Source of the DNA: Pseudomonadota bacterium
Lineage (GTDB): Bacteria > Pseudomonadota > Alphaproteobacteria > Rhodobacterales > Rhodobacteraceae
Direction of reading: 5' to 3'
Assembly: GCA_038751055.1 (NCBI GenBank)
Contig: JBCDGS010000007.1
Coordinates: 5,612 to 69,611, forward strand
Length of the DNA stretch: 64,000 nucleotides
Shown here one piece after another: positions 19,093 through 28,964 of this stretch (positions are counted from its first letter, which is position 1; every line of letters starts with the position of its first letter). Both the position numbers and the translations under genes were made by a program. The notes beneath the pieces were generated by a model. It saw nothing but the letters and a program-made list of their open reading frames with translations, made no database searches and was not told the origin of the DNA.

Positions 19093-19442
19093 TGACCCGC
19101 GAGGACGTGGATCAGATTTGCGCCGCCCTGCCGGGAGCGGAGCTGGCGCTGCCGCCCGAACTCGTGAGCTGGAAGGTTGGCGGCAAGATGTTTGCTTGCC
19201 TCGCGGGCGAGGCCGAGCGGACCGGTGTGTCCGTCAAGACGCCCGACATTGAGACAGCCGCCCTGCTGATCGACGCCGGTGAGGCCGAGCGTGCCCCCTA
19301 TTTCCACAAAAGCTGGGTACGGCTGCAGTTTGACGCCACGGCCCGTGACTACGCCGAACACCGCATCGGCGTCTCCTACGACCTGGTCCGCAAGAGCCTG
19401 AAAAAGGCCGTCCGCGACGCACTTCCCGAGAGGTCTTCCTGA
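19092..19442 (+). CDS. MmcQ/YjbR family putative DNA-binding protein
   Basis: VSWKVGGKMFA, RAPYFHKSWV and SYDLVRKSLKK motifs; TAATG and TGATG overlaps with both flanking permeases. Confidence 0.8.
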   Translation: MTREDVDQICAALPGAELALPPELVSWKVGGKMFACLAGEAERTGVSVKTPDIETAALLIDAGEAERAPYFHKSWVRLQFDATARDYAEHRIGVSYDLVRKSLKKAVRDALPERSS

Positions 19443-20287
19443 TGTTTCCACGTCCCATCGCCGCCGCCTCGCCCAAGGGGATCGGCTACCAGGCATTTCT
19501 GCCGGTGGCGCTGCTTATCTGGCTTATCCCGCTCATCGCGATCTTTCTGACGTCGATCCGGCCGGGGGCAGATATCAACTCAGGCAATGTATTCGGGGTG
19601 CCATCGGATTTCGTGCTGCTTGAGAACTACATGGCGGTCTTCACGCAATCCGAAGCCGCGACCTACCTTTGGAACTCGGTCAAGATCACGGTGCCGTCGG
19701 TGATCATCTCGGTGACGCTCGCGTGCCTCGCGGGATACGCGCTGGCGATCTACAAATTCCGCGTGGCGCTGCCGCTCTTTTTCCTCTTCGTGGCGGGCAA
19801 CTTCATCCCGTTCCAGATCCTCATGGTGCCCGTGCGGGACATGTCCGTGCAGTCCGGGCTCTATGACACCATTGCGGGGCAATTCCTGTTCCATGCGGCG
19901 TTCCAGACGGGTTTCTGCACCCTGTTCATGCGCAATTTCATCAAAGCGCTGCCCTTTGACCTCATCGAGAGTGCCCGCGTTGAGGGCGTCGCGGAGTGGC
20001 GCATCTTTTGGTTCGTGGTGCTGCCCCTCGTGCGCCCTGCCATTGCGGCCCTCGCAGTCCTCATTTTCACGTTCGTCTGGAATGACTTCTTCTGGGCCAA
20101 CGTGCTGACGCAGGGCGAAGGCGCAAAGCCGATTACTGCGGGAGTCCGCGCCCTCAACGGTCAGTTCGTCAACAACTGGCACCTCGTCTCCGCGGCCTCT
20201 TTACTGGCTGCGGTACCCCCCGTGATGATGTTCTTTCTCATGCAAAAGCACTTCATTGCGGGCCTCACTCTGGGAGCCGTGAAGTAA
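19442..20287 (+). CDS. Sugar ABC transporter permease, MalG-like
   Basis: ESARVEG EAA loop, FVWNDFFW, QKHFIAGLTLGAVK. Confidence 0.9.
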   Translation: MFPRPIAAASPKGIGYQAFLPVALLIWLIPLIAIFLTSIRPGADINSGNVFGVPSDFVLLENYMAVFTQSEAATYLWNSVKITVPSVIISVTLACLAGYALAIYKFRVALPLFFLFVAGNFIPFQILMVPVRDMSVQSGLYDTIAGQFLFHAAFQTGFCTLFMRNFIKALPFDLIESARVEGVAEWRIFWFVVLPLVRPAIAALAVLIFTFVWNDFFWANVLTQGEGAKPITAGVRALNGQFVNNWHLVSAASLLAAVPPVMMFFLMQKHFIAGLTLGAVK

Positions 20288-20289
20288 CG

Positions 20290-22374
20290 ATGCGGACGTG
20301 GAGACTAGACTCGTCGCGCCAGACACTCGTGCTGGCGGCGCGACGGGAATGCTTGCCGGAAGTGGTCTACTGGGGCCAGCCCTTGCCGGAAGACGCCGAT
20401 CTGGAGACCGTCGCACGCGGTCATGGTATCGACGTCACTGGCGGGATGCTCGATGAGAACCCGGACCTCTCGATCTGCCCGGAGGCGGTGCGGTCCTTTC
20501 CGGGCCAGCCGGGCCTGATCGCGCGGGATACCGACAGCTCGCCCCTCCTGCCGAAGTTTCGCTATGAGCGGGAGGAGATTGTCGAGGGCGGGCTGACGTT
20601 GCACTATAGCGACGCAGCCCTGGCGATCAGCTATGCAGCGAGCTTTGCCATCGATGCCGATACGCACATCATCACGGCCCAAGCCGGGATCGAAGTGTCC
20701 CGCCCGGTCCACCTTCACTGGCTTGCAGCGCCCGTCTTCCCGGGGCCGCAGCTTTCGGACGACCTGATCGACTTCACGGGCCGCTGGTGTGGAGAGTTCC
20801 AGACCGCAACGACGCCGTGGTCGGCGGGCATGCGCTACCGTGAAAACCGCACCGGGCGCACGGGTCACGAGCACTTTCCGGGCCTCATCGTGCGCGGCCA
20901 AGGCTGCACGAACACACGCGGTGAGGCCCATGCCTTTCACTACGGCTGGTCGGGTGGCCACAAGATGATCGCCGAAGAGCTCCCCGATGGGCGCCGCCAG
21001 ATACAGTTTGGGCACGCGGCCCGCATGGAGACGGAGGCCGCCACCAGCTTCCGGACGGCGCCGCTTTACGCGACCTTTTCAGGAACAGGCATCAATGGCT
21101 GTGCGACGGCCTTTCAGCGCCACCTGCGCGACCGGATCGTGCAGTTTCCGGACCCTGATCGCCCCCGCCCGGTTCACTACAATTGCTGGGAAGCGGTCTA
21201 CTTTGACCATAACCTTCCCGTCCTCAAGGACATTGCCACCCGCGCGGCGGCTCTTGGAGCGGAACGATTTGTGCTCGACGACGGATGGTTCGGGCAGCGC
21301 GATGACGACACGACGTCGCTCAGTGACTGGGCGGTGGACCCGCGCAAGTATCCCGATGGGCTTGGCCCCCTGATCGACCATGTCCATGGCGCGGGAATGA
21401 GTTTCGGCATCTGGTTCGAGCCAGAGATGATCAACCCGGAATCGGACGTCTACCGAAAGAACCCGCACTGGGCACTTGGTGCCGAGGATCAGATCCTCGG
21501 CCGCCAGCAAAAGGCGCTCAACATGGCGTTGCCAGAGGTGCGTGATTTCATATTCGATCGCATGGCCAAGATCCTGCGGGACCACGCGATCGATTACATC
21601 AAATGGGATCATAACCGCGTGCTGCCGATGCCGGACGCGGCGCAGACGCGCGGATCCTATGCGCTCATCGATGCGCTGCGCCTGGCCTTCCCGGATGTGG
21701 AGATCGAAAGCTGTGCCTCCGGCGGTGGACGCATAGACTTTGGCATCCTGTCGCGGACGCACCGGGTCTGGCTGAGCGACTCAAATGACGCGCTCGAGAG
21801 GCTGCGGATTCAACACAATGCCGCGCTCTTTCTGCCCACGGTTGTCACGGGCAGCCATGTGGGACCGCGCCACTGCCATACCTCTGGCCGCGTCCACGAT
21901 ATCACCTTCCGGGCCTGGGTCGCCGCGCAGAGGCACATGGGCTTTGAAATGGACCCTCGCGAACTCGACACGCGAGAAGAGGCCGTGCTGCGGGAGGTGA
22001 CGAGCTGGTTCAAGCATAACAGGGACTGGATGCATCGTGCCGACATCCTGCGCCTCGACAGCGCCGACCCGGCCGTGATCGCAGAGCAGCAACAGGCCGC
22101 AGATGGCAGCCGCTTTGTTGTCTTCGCGGGCGCGCAGGACACGTCAGCGCAAATCGCCCCGCGACCGCTTCGCCTGACGCGGCTCGACGAGGGGGCCCGC
22201 TACCGGGTCAGGCTCGTGAACCGGGCCTCCACGACGAGCCTGTCGCGCGGGTCACCAATCTTGAAGGGTGAAGATATCGAGGTCTCCGGCAGCTGGCTCA
22301 TGGGCCAGGGCGTGACGCTGCCCTGCCCCGCCCCATGCACCATGTGGGTCCTCGAAGGGGAGCGCCTGCCGTGA
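20290..22374 (+). CDS. Alpha-galactosidase (GH36)
   Basis: YNCWEAVYFD, FVLDDGWFG, FGIWFEPEM, YIKWDHNR, ESCASGGGRID. Confidence 0.92.
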   Translation: MRTWRLDSSRQTLVLAARRECLPEVVYWGQPLPEDADLETVARGHGIDVTGGMLDENPDLSICPEAVRSFPGQPGLIARDTDSSPLLPKFRYEREEIVEGGLTLHYSDAALAISYAASFAIDADTHIITAQAGIEVSRPVHLHWLAAPVFPGPQLSDDLIDFTGRWCGEFQTATTPWSAGMRYRENRTGRTGHEHFPGLIVRGQGCTNTRGEAHAFHYGWSGGHKMIAEELPDGRRQIQFGHAARMETEAATSFRTAPLYATFSGTGINGCATAFQRHLRDRIVQFPDPDRPRPVHYNCWEAVYFDHNLPVLKDIATRAAALGAERFVLDDGWFGQRDDDTTSLSDWAVDPRKYPDGLGPLIDHVHGAGMSFGIWFEPEMINPESDVYRKNPHWALGAEDQILGRQQKALNMALPEVRDFIFDRMAKILRDHAIDYIKWDHNRVLPMPDAAQTRGSYALIDALRLAFPDVEIESCASGGGRIDFGILSRTHRVWLSDSNDALERLRIQHNAALFLPTVVTGSHVGPRHCHTSGRVHDITFRAWVAAQRHMGFEMDPRELDTREEAVLREVTSWFKHNRDWMHRADILRLDSADPAVIAEQQQAADGSRFVVFAGAQDTSAQIAPRPLRLTRLDEGARYRVRLVNRASTTSLSRGSPILKGEDIEVSGSWLMGQGVTLPCPAPCTMWVLEGERLP

Positions 22375-22384
22375 CGCGATCGCC

Positions 22385-22486
22385 CAAAATTCTTTCAGGG
22401 AATTTTGCGCCCTTCGAAGTGCCGACCCGTATTCAAGCGTTGACCGTGCCCTCCGGGCGCAAACATTTTCTCAAAATTTTCCTGCC
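22385..22486. repeat. AT-rich short palindromic elements
   Basis: CAAAATTC-tttcagg-GAATTTTG plus a degenerate second unit (CAAACATTTTCTCAAAATTTT). Confidence 0.4.
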
Positions 22487-22504
22487 GCTCAAAGGAGAGA
22501 CCGC

Positions 22505-23269
22505 GTGACCGCATCCTATTCGGAGCTCAACGGCGCATCCGTCTACATCACAGGGGGCGGTTCCGGGATTGGGGCCGCGCTGACCGAGGGCTTTCTTGAA
22601 CAGGGCGCCAAAGTCGCCTTTATCGGTCGCTCCGATGCCTCAGATTTCGTTGCTCAAATGGCTGAAAAGCACGGCAACGCGCCACTCTTTATCCAGGGCG
22701 ATATCACGGATATGGGCGCACTCAAGGCCTCCATGGATCAGGCCGCCGACGCGCATGGCCCCATCACGACGCTGGTCAACAATGCTGCCAACGACAAGCG
22801 TCACGAGACGAGTAAAGTAGACGAGGCGTTCTGGGACTGGATGATCGCGATCAACCTCAAGGCGTACTTTTTCGCCTGTCAGCACGTCCACCCCATGATG
22901 GTCGAGGCGGGCGGCGGATCGATCATCAACTTCTCCTCAATCTCCTACATGATGGGAAATGCAGGCTACCCGATCTACACGGCCGCCAATTCCGGGATCA
23001 ACGGCATGACGCGGAGCCTCGCCCGCGAATTCGGGCCAGACCGCGTCCGCGTCAACGCACTGGCACCCGGCTGGGTCCTCACCCAAAAGCAAATGGACAT
23101 GTGGGCCAGCGAGGAGGGCCTGGCCGCCCATATGGACCGGATGTGTCTGAAGGAGCATCTGGAGCCCGCAGATATCGTGGGCGGCACGCTCTTTCTCGCC
23201 TCCGACAGCTCCAAGGCCATGACCGGTCAGGCGCTTGTCATCGATGGCGGCGTGGTCGTAACGGGGTGA
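22505..23269 (+). CDS. SDR oxidoreductase, probable D-galactose 1-dehydrogenase
   Basis: ITGGGSGIG, NNAANDKRH (aldose dehydrogenase-type), AAAGGAGA RBS before GTG; located in the dgo context. Confidence 0.75.
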   Translation: MTASYSELNGASVYITGGGSGIGAALTEGFLEQGAKVAFIGRSDASDFVAQMAEKHGNAPLFIQGDITDMGALKASMDQAADAHGPITTLVNNAANDKRHETSKVDEAFWDWMIAINLKAYFFACQHVHPMMVEAGGGSIINFSSISYMMGNAGYPIYTAANSGINGMTRSLAREFGPDRVRVNALAPGWVLTQKQMDMWASEEGLAAHMDRMCLKEHLEPADIVGGTLFLASDSSKAMTGQALVIDGGVVVTG

Positions 23270-23273
23270 GCGT

Positions 23274-24182
23274 ATGAACACGCACGGAGCCAAAGCAGAC
23301 TGGATAGCCGTCGACTGGGGCACGTCGAACCTGCGCGCATGGGCCATGAGCGCGAGCGGCGCAGAGCTTTGGTCGGGGGCGTCAGACAAGGGGATGGGTG
23401 CCCTCAAGCCCGAACACTTTGAAGGCGCTCTGCTTGATGTCGTGGCTCCGATGCTGGGTGCGGGCACGCTCGATGTGGTGGCCTGCGGCATGGTCGGTTC
23501 ACGCCAGGGATGGATTGAGGCGCCCTATGCCGCGGTCCCCTGCCCGCCACTGCCCGAGGGCTTTGTGCGCCCGAAAACGCAGAACCCGCTTCTGCGTGTC
23601 CATGTCATACCCGGCGTCAAGCAAGTGTCCCCGCCGGACGTGATGCGCGGCGAGGAAACGCAGATTGCGGGCTTTCTCGCGCTCAATCCCGGCTGGGACG
23701 GCGTTGTGTGTCTCCCTGGGACGCACACCAAGTGGGCCCAGATCAGCGCAGGAGAAATCGTCAGCTTTCAGACCGCCATGACGGGAGAGCTTTTCGCGCT
23801 CCTGTCCGGGCAATCGGTGCTGCGCCACTCGGTGGCCCCCACTGGATGGGACGACGACGCGTTCGCAGAGGCCATCGATGACGCCCTTGCCAAGCCGGAA
23901 CGCCTGGCTGCGCGGCTTTTCTCGCTGCGCGCGGACGCGCTGCTTGCCGGTCTTCCCGGCAACCGCGCCCGTGCACGCCTGTCCGGGCTTCTGATCGGGG
24001 TGGAGCTCGCTGCGGCGCGGCCCTATTGGCTCGGACAACAGGTCGCCGTGATCGGTGCCTCGGCGATTTCGCGCATCTATGGCGCGGCCCTTTCTGCCCA
24101 AGGCCTCCCCGCAACAATTGCTGACGGGCCGCGGATGACGCTTGCCGGACTGACAGCCGCCTATAAGAGCCTGCTAAAATGA
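23274..24182 (+). CDS. dgoK: 2-dehydro-3-deoxygalactonokinase
   Basis: [38 protein letters not shown]. Confidence 0.93.
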   Translation: MNTHGAKADWIAVDWGTSNLRAWAMSASGAELWSGASDKGMGALKPEHFEGALLDVVAPMLGAGTLDVVACGMVGSRQGWIEAPYAAVPCPPLPEGFVRPKTQNPLLRVHVIPGVKQVSPPDVMRGEETQIAGFLALNPGWDGVVCLPGTHTKWAQISAGEIVSFQTAMTGELFALLSGQSVLRHSVAPTGWDDDAFAEAIDDALAKPERLAARLFSLRADALLAGLPGNRARARLSGLLIGVELAAARPYWLGQQVAVIGASAISRIYGAALSAQGLPATIADGPRMTLAGLTAAYKSLLK

Positions 24183-24787
24183 CCATACCCATCATTGCCA
24201 TCCTGCGCGGCATCACGCCCGAAGAGGCCGTCCCAGCCACAGAAGCGCTGATCGCTGCGGGGATCGACCGGATCGAAGTGCCCCTGAATTCGCCTGAGCC
24301 AATGGCGAGCATTTCGACCATGGCCGAAGTCGCCGGGGAGCGCGCGGTCATCGGGGCTGGCACCGTCCTCACCGTGGAAGCGGTGGGCCAGGTATCGGCG
24401 GCGGGCGGGCGTCTCATCGTGTCGCCGAACTGCGATACCGAGGTGATTGCGGCCTCTCGCGCGGCCGGGCTTGAAAGCTGGCCCGGAATTTTCACCCCGT
24501 CAGAGGCCTTCGCGGCCCTCCAGGCCGGCGCAACGGGGCTCAAGCTGTTTCCGGGCAACATGGCCGGGCCCGGGGGCCTCAAGGCCCTCCGCGCAGTGCT
24601 GCCCAAAGGCACGCTTGTCTACGCTGTGGGAGGGGCCGGGCCGGAGAACTTCGCCGACTGGATCGCCGCCAGCGCGGATGGCTTTGGAATCGGGTCCGCG
24701 CTCTATTCGCCCGGTATGTCCGCAGCCGACATCGGCGCGCGGGCCGCACAGATCGTCGCCGCATGGAAAGAGGCCGCCCATGGCTGA
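24179..24787 (+). CDS. dgoA: 2-dehydro-3-deoxy-6-phosphogalactonate aldolase
   Basis: [29 protein letters not shown]. Confidence 0.92.
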   Translation: MTIPIIAILRGITPEEAVPATEALIAAGIDRIEVPLNSPEPMASISTMAEVAGERAVIGAGTVLTVEAVGQVSAAGGRLIVSPNCDTEVIAASRAAGLESWPGIFTPSEAFAALQAGATGLKLFPGNMAGPGGLKALRAVLPKGTLVYAVGGAGPENFADWIAASADGFGIGSALYSPGMSAADIGARAAQIVAAWKEAAHG

Positions 24788-25616
24788 GGCAGATATTTTC
24801 GACGCCCATAAGTGTCTTCTTGGGGAAGGTCCGCTCTGGCACCCTGAGCGGAAAGAACTCCTTTGGTTTGATATCCTCGGCAAGGAGCTCAGGTCCAAGG
24901 CGCGTGTGTACCCGTTCGAGGAGTACGTCTCTGCCGCAGGGTGGGTCGACCATGACACGTTGCTCGTGGCGTCGGCATCCGCCCTCTTTCGCTTTGACCT
25001 TGGGACAGGCTGGCGCGAGAACCTTGCGCCACTAGAGGCCGACAACCCGCTGACGCGGTCCAATGACGGGCGCGCGGACCCGTGGGGCGGGTTCTGGATC
25101 GGGACGATGGGCATCAATTCGGAACCCGACCTCGGGGCGATCTACCGCTATTACCGGGGCGAGGTGGTAAAGCTCTACGGCGGCATCACGATCTCGAATT
25201 CCATCTGTTTCGCACCGGATCGAAGCGTGGCCTACTGGGTGGACACGGAGGCGGCCAAACTCATGCGTCAGCCCCTAGAGCCCGAGCATGGCTGGCCCGA
25301 GGGCCCGGCGACAGTGCTCGTGGATGCGACGCAAGAGGCGTTCGGGATTGACGGGTCGGTGTGTGACGCAGACGGCAACATCTGGAACGCCCAGTGGGGC
25401 GCATCCCGCATCGCCGTCTACAGCCCGCGTGGCGAGATGCTCAACGCGTTCCACGTGCCGGGCAAGCAAAGCTCCTGCTCGGCTTTCGGTGGCCCTGATC
25501 TGACCACGCTTTACGTCACCACTGCCGCTGAGGGCCTCGACGGCGACGCGGAGGGCCGGACATACGAGATCAAGGGCGCCGGGCGCGGGCTGCCCGAGTA
25601 TCAGGTGATCTTGTGA
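24780..25616 (+). CDS. SMP-30/gluconolactonase family protein (probable galactonolactonase)
   Basis: [36 protein letters not shown]; start MAEADIF at 24780. Confidence 0.88.
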   Translation: MAEADIFDAHKCLLGEGPLWHPERKELLWFDILGKELRSKARVYPFEEYVSAAGWVDHDTLLVASASALFRFDLGTGWRENLAPLEADNPLTRSNDGRADPWGGFWIGTMGINSEPDLGAIYRYYRGEVVKLYGGITISNSICFAPDRSVAYWVDTEAAKLMRQPLEPEHGWPEGPATVLVDATQEAFGIDGSVCDADGNIWNAQWGASRIAVYSPRGEMLNAFHVPGKQSSCSAFGGPDLTTLYVTTAAEGLDGDAEGRTYEIKGAGRGLPEYQVIL

Positions 25617-27553
25617 CAGGCCGCGCACGGCGCAGCCTGGGCGTCTGCTACTACCCCGAGCAGTGGCCCCGCGACATGTGGGCTGACGATGCGGCGGAGA
25701 TGGCCGCCAACGGGCTGAGCTGGGTCCGCATAGGGGAGTTCGCCTGGTCGCGGGTAGAACCCGAGCCCGAGCGTTTCGACTGGGAGTGGCTCGATGCGGC
25801 GGTGGACGTGCTTCACGACGCGGGCCTCAAGATCATCATGGGCACCCCCACGGCAACGCCGCCACGCTGGATGCTGACCAAGCATCCGGACATGCTCGCC
25901 TGGGATCAGGAGGGACGACCACGCGGGTTCGGCTCGCGCCGGCACTACTGCTTTTCCCATGACGGCTACCGCGAGGAGGCGCGCCGCATCGCAAGCCTCT
26001 TCGCCGAGCGATACGGAACGCAGGTGGAGGCATGGCAGACCGACAATGAATATGATTGCCATGATACGGCCATCTCATACTCCCCGGCGGCCCGCACGGC
26101 GTTTCAGGATTGGTGCGCCCAGCGCTATCAGTCGCCGGATGCGCTCAACCGGGCTTGGGGCAACGTCTTCTGGTCGATGGAGTACGCCGACTTTGCCGAG
26201 ATCGACCTGCCGAACCTGACAGTGACTGAACCGAACCCCGCCCATGTCCTCGCCTTCCGGCGGTTCAGTTCTGATCAGGTGGTTCGCTTCAACCGCATCC
26301 AATGCGACGCGATACGCGCGCATTCCGACGCGCCGATCATCCATAACTTCATGGGGCGCATCACCTCCTTTGATCATTACGACGTGAGCGCCGACCTCGA
26401 TATCGCGAGCTGGGACAGCTACCCGTTGGGCTTCCTCATGGACCGAAGCGATGCAGCCCCGGACTTTAAGGCCCGCTTTGTGCGGCAGGGTGACCCGGAC
26501 TTCCAGGCGTTCCACCACGACCTCTACCGCAGCTGCGGTGCGCTGCGGACTAGGGGCGTGGCCAAAGATGGTCGCTGGTGGGTCATGGAACAGCAACCCG
26601 GACCGGTGAACTGGGCGCCCTGGAACCCGGCGCCACTTCCGGGCATGGCGCGCCTTTGGGCGTGGGAAGCCTTCGCGCACGGGGCAGAGGCCGTGCTCTA
26701 CTTCCGCTGGCGGCAGGCCCCGTTCGCGCAAGAGCAGCAGCATGCTGGGCTCAAACGCCCCGACGATGCCCCGGCACCCGGCCTGGCCGAGGCCGCTACA
26801 GTCGCGCGGGAGCTCGCGACACTGCCCGCTGAGGCGGGAACGGCGCAGGCGGAGGCCGCGCTGATCTTTGACTATGACAGCGCCTATGCATGGGATGCCC
26901 AGCCTCAGGGCCGCGACTTTGACTACTTTCATCTGGTCTACGAGGCGTATCGGGCGTTGCGGACGGCCGGGCTCAACATCGATATCCTTCCGGCCGACCG
27001 ACCAGATTATGAAGGCTACAAGCTCATTCTCGCGCCGGGCCTCTTGAGCCTTGATGCGGCGCAAGTGGCGGTGCTATCTGGCTCTGGCGCGCAGGTCGTC
27101 GTCGGCCCGCGCTCGGGCCTCAAGACGCCGGAGCTTTCGATAGCGCTCCCCCTCGGGCCGGGACTGCCGGGCCTCGATGCGCAGGTGACCCATGTCGAAA
27201 GCCTGCCTCCTTCCCATCCGATACCCCTTCCCGAGGGCGGGGCGATCTGGAAATGGTTCGAGCACCTCGAAGGCGACGCCGAGGTCGTTGAGACCACCAT
27301 AGACGGGAGGCCCGCTGTCGTCGCCCATGGCGCGTTCACCTACCTCGCAGGATGGCCGGACCCTGCTGCGATGGCGCGCATCGTGAGCCGCGCAGCGACC
27401 GCCGCCGATCTCGCGCCCATGACCCTGCCAGAGAACCTGCGCGTGCGCGACACCGCCACCCACCGGTTCTGGATCAACTACGGCACAGAGGCAGTGGAGT
27501 ATGACGGACGCCGGATCGCGGCCGCTGATGTCCTTTGGGAAGCGCGCGGGTGA
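25613..27553 (+). CDS. Beta-galactosidase (GH42)
   Basis: LGVCYYPEQW, GEFAWSRVEP, GTPTATPP, WQTDNEY, SWDSYP, WVMEQQPG, YFRWRQ. Confidence 0.93.
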   Translation: MTGRARRSLGVCYYPEQWPRDMWADDAAEMAANGLSWVRIGEFAWSRVEPEPERFDWEWLDAAVDVLHDAGLKIIMGTPTATPPRWMLTKHPDMLAWDQEGRPRGFGSRRHYCFSHDGYREEARRIASLFAERYGTQVEAWQTDNEYDCHDTAISYSPAARTAFQDWCAQRYQSPDALNRAWGNVFWSMEYADFAEIDLPNLTVTEPNPAHVLAFRRFSSDQVVRFNRIQCDAIRAHSDAPIIHNFMGRITSFDHYDVSADLDIASWDSYPLGFLMDRSDAAPDFKARFVRQGDPDFQAFHHDLYRSCGALRTRGVAKDGRWWVMEQQPGPVNWAPWNPAPLPGMARLWAWEAFAHGAEAVLYFRWRQAPFAQEQQHAGLKRPDDAPAPGLAEAATVARELATLPAEAGTAQAEAALIFDYDSAYAWDAQPQGRDFDYFHLVYEAYRALRTAGLNIDILPADRPDYEGYKLILAPGLLSLDAAQVAVLSGSGAQVVVGPRSGLKTPELSIALPLGPGLPGLDAQVTHVESLPPSHPIPLPEGGAIWKWFEHLEGDAEVVETTIDGRPAVVAHGAFTYLAGWPDPAAMARIVSRAATAADLAPMTLPENLRVRDTATHRFWINYGTEAVEYDGRRIAAADVLWEARG

Positions 27554-28539
27554 CACCGTTCGGCGAAATGGCGGATGGACGCGAGGTGCATGCGATCAGC
27601 CTCACGTCTGACCAAGTGAGCGCGCGCATCCTGACCTACGGAGCCATTCTGAATGACGTGCGCCTCGCCGGTATCGCCTATCCCCTGACGCTCGGCTCAC
27701 CGGATCTGGCGGCCTATGAGGGACCCATGGCGAGCTTTGGCTCGCTCATGGGGCCGGTCGTGAACCGCATCAGAGACGCGCGTGCGGACATCGCGGGGCG
27801 GGACTACCAGTTCGAGAAGAATTTTGAGGGGGCGCACACCCTCCATTCCGGGAGCACGGGGAGCCACCATCAGATCTGGCAGATCGCGGAGCAGACCGCC
27901 GCCTCCGTCACGCTTGCCCTTGATCTCCCGGACGGCCTCGGCGGCTTTCCGGGAGATCGGCGGGTGGAGGTAACTTACACGGTAGATGACGCCAGCCTGA
28001 CCATGGATGTGACCGCGCGGACTAATGCTCCCACGCTCTTTTCCTTCGCCAACCACTCCTATTGGGCGCTCGACGCAGAGCCCGGCTTTTCCGGGCACCA
28101 GCTTTCAATCCCTGCGGACAGCTATCTTGAGGCTGGCCCGGACCTCATGCCCACCGGCGCAGAAGTTGCCGTCGCGGGCACGGCCTATGACGCACGCGGG
28201 GGCCTCGACCTCGCCGGAGACAGCCGCCAGTTCTTTGACCTCAACTACTGCCTCGCGCGGTCTGACCAACCGATGCGCCCGGTGGCGAAGCTGCGCGGTG
28301 CGTCCGGCGTGACCATGGGGATGGAGAGCACTGCACCGGGTCTGCAGGTCTATGATTGCGGCACAATCGACGCAGCAGGCTTCGCGACGCATCACGGCCG
28401 GGAGTATGGCCGCTATGCAGGCCTTGCGCTGGAGGCGCAGGCCTGGCCCGGAGCCATCCAGCATGCGCATTTCCCGAGCATCCTCCACGACGCAAGCCGG
28501 CCCTTCCGTCAGACAACGCGCTGGAGCTTCGGCGTCTAG
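27550..28539 (+). CDS. galM: Aldose 1-epimerase (galactose mutarotase)
   Basis: GPVVNRI, HTLHSG, ANHSYW, GLALEAQ; the GTG overlaps the upstream stop codon. Confidence 0.85.
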   Translation: MTPFGEMADGREVHAISLTSDQVSARILTYGAILNDVRLAGIAYPLTLGSPDLAAYEGPMASFGSLMGPVVNRIRDARADIAGRDYQFEKNFEGAHTLHSGSTGSHHQIWQIAEQTAASVTLALDLPDGLGGFPGDRRVEVTYTVDDASLTMDVTARTNAPTLFSFANHSYWALDAEPGFSGHQLSIPADSYLEAGPDLMPTGAEVAVAGTAYDARGGLDLAGDSRQFFDLNYCLARSDQPMRPVAKLRGASGVTMGMESTAPGLQVYDCGTIDAAGFATHHGREYGRYAGLALEAQAWPGAIQHAHFPSILHDASRPFRQTTRWSFGV

Positions 28540-28904
28540 CTGCCGCGATAGGTGCTCATGCCAAAGGGGCTCAGCAGGAGCGGCACGTGATAGTGCACCT
28601 CCTCCGCCATGCCGAAGCGGATCGGAACCTGATCGAGGAAGAGCGTCTCCCCCTCTGCGAGCCCAGCCGCACGCAGGTAGTCGCCCGCGAAGAAGATCAG
28701 TTCATAGGTGCCGGTCTCGAATGCGTCCACCGGCAGGATCGGGGCATCCGTGCGCCCGTCGGCGTTCGTCACGGCCTCTGCAATCTTGCGATGCGACATC
28801 CCGTTCACGCGATAAAGCGCGATCTTCACGCCCTCCGCTGGGCATCCACGCGCCGTATCGAGGACATGTGTCGTCAGAACGCCACCTTCACCCTTCGCTG
28901 CCAT
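28536..28904 (-). CDS. uraH: 5-hydroxyisourate hydrolase (transthyretin-like)
   Basis: LTTHVLDTARG, TNADGR, HYHVPLLLSPFGMSTYRGS C-terminal signature. Confidence 0.93.
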   Translation of the reverse strand: MAAKGEGGVLTTHVLDTARGCPAEGVKIALYRVNGMSHRKIAEAVTNADGRTDAPILPVDAFETGTYELIFFAGDYLRAAGLAEGETLFLDQVPIRFGMAEEVHYHVPLLLSPFGMSTYRGS

Positions 28905-28964
28905 GCTCTTTCCATTCCCCGCCGGATTTGATTGAACCGAAGAGACCTCACCACAGGAGCCCCA

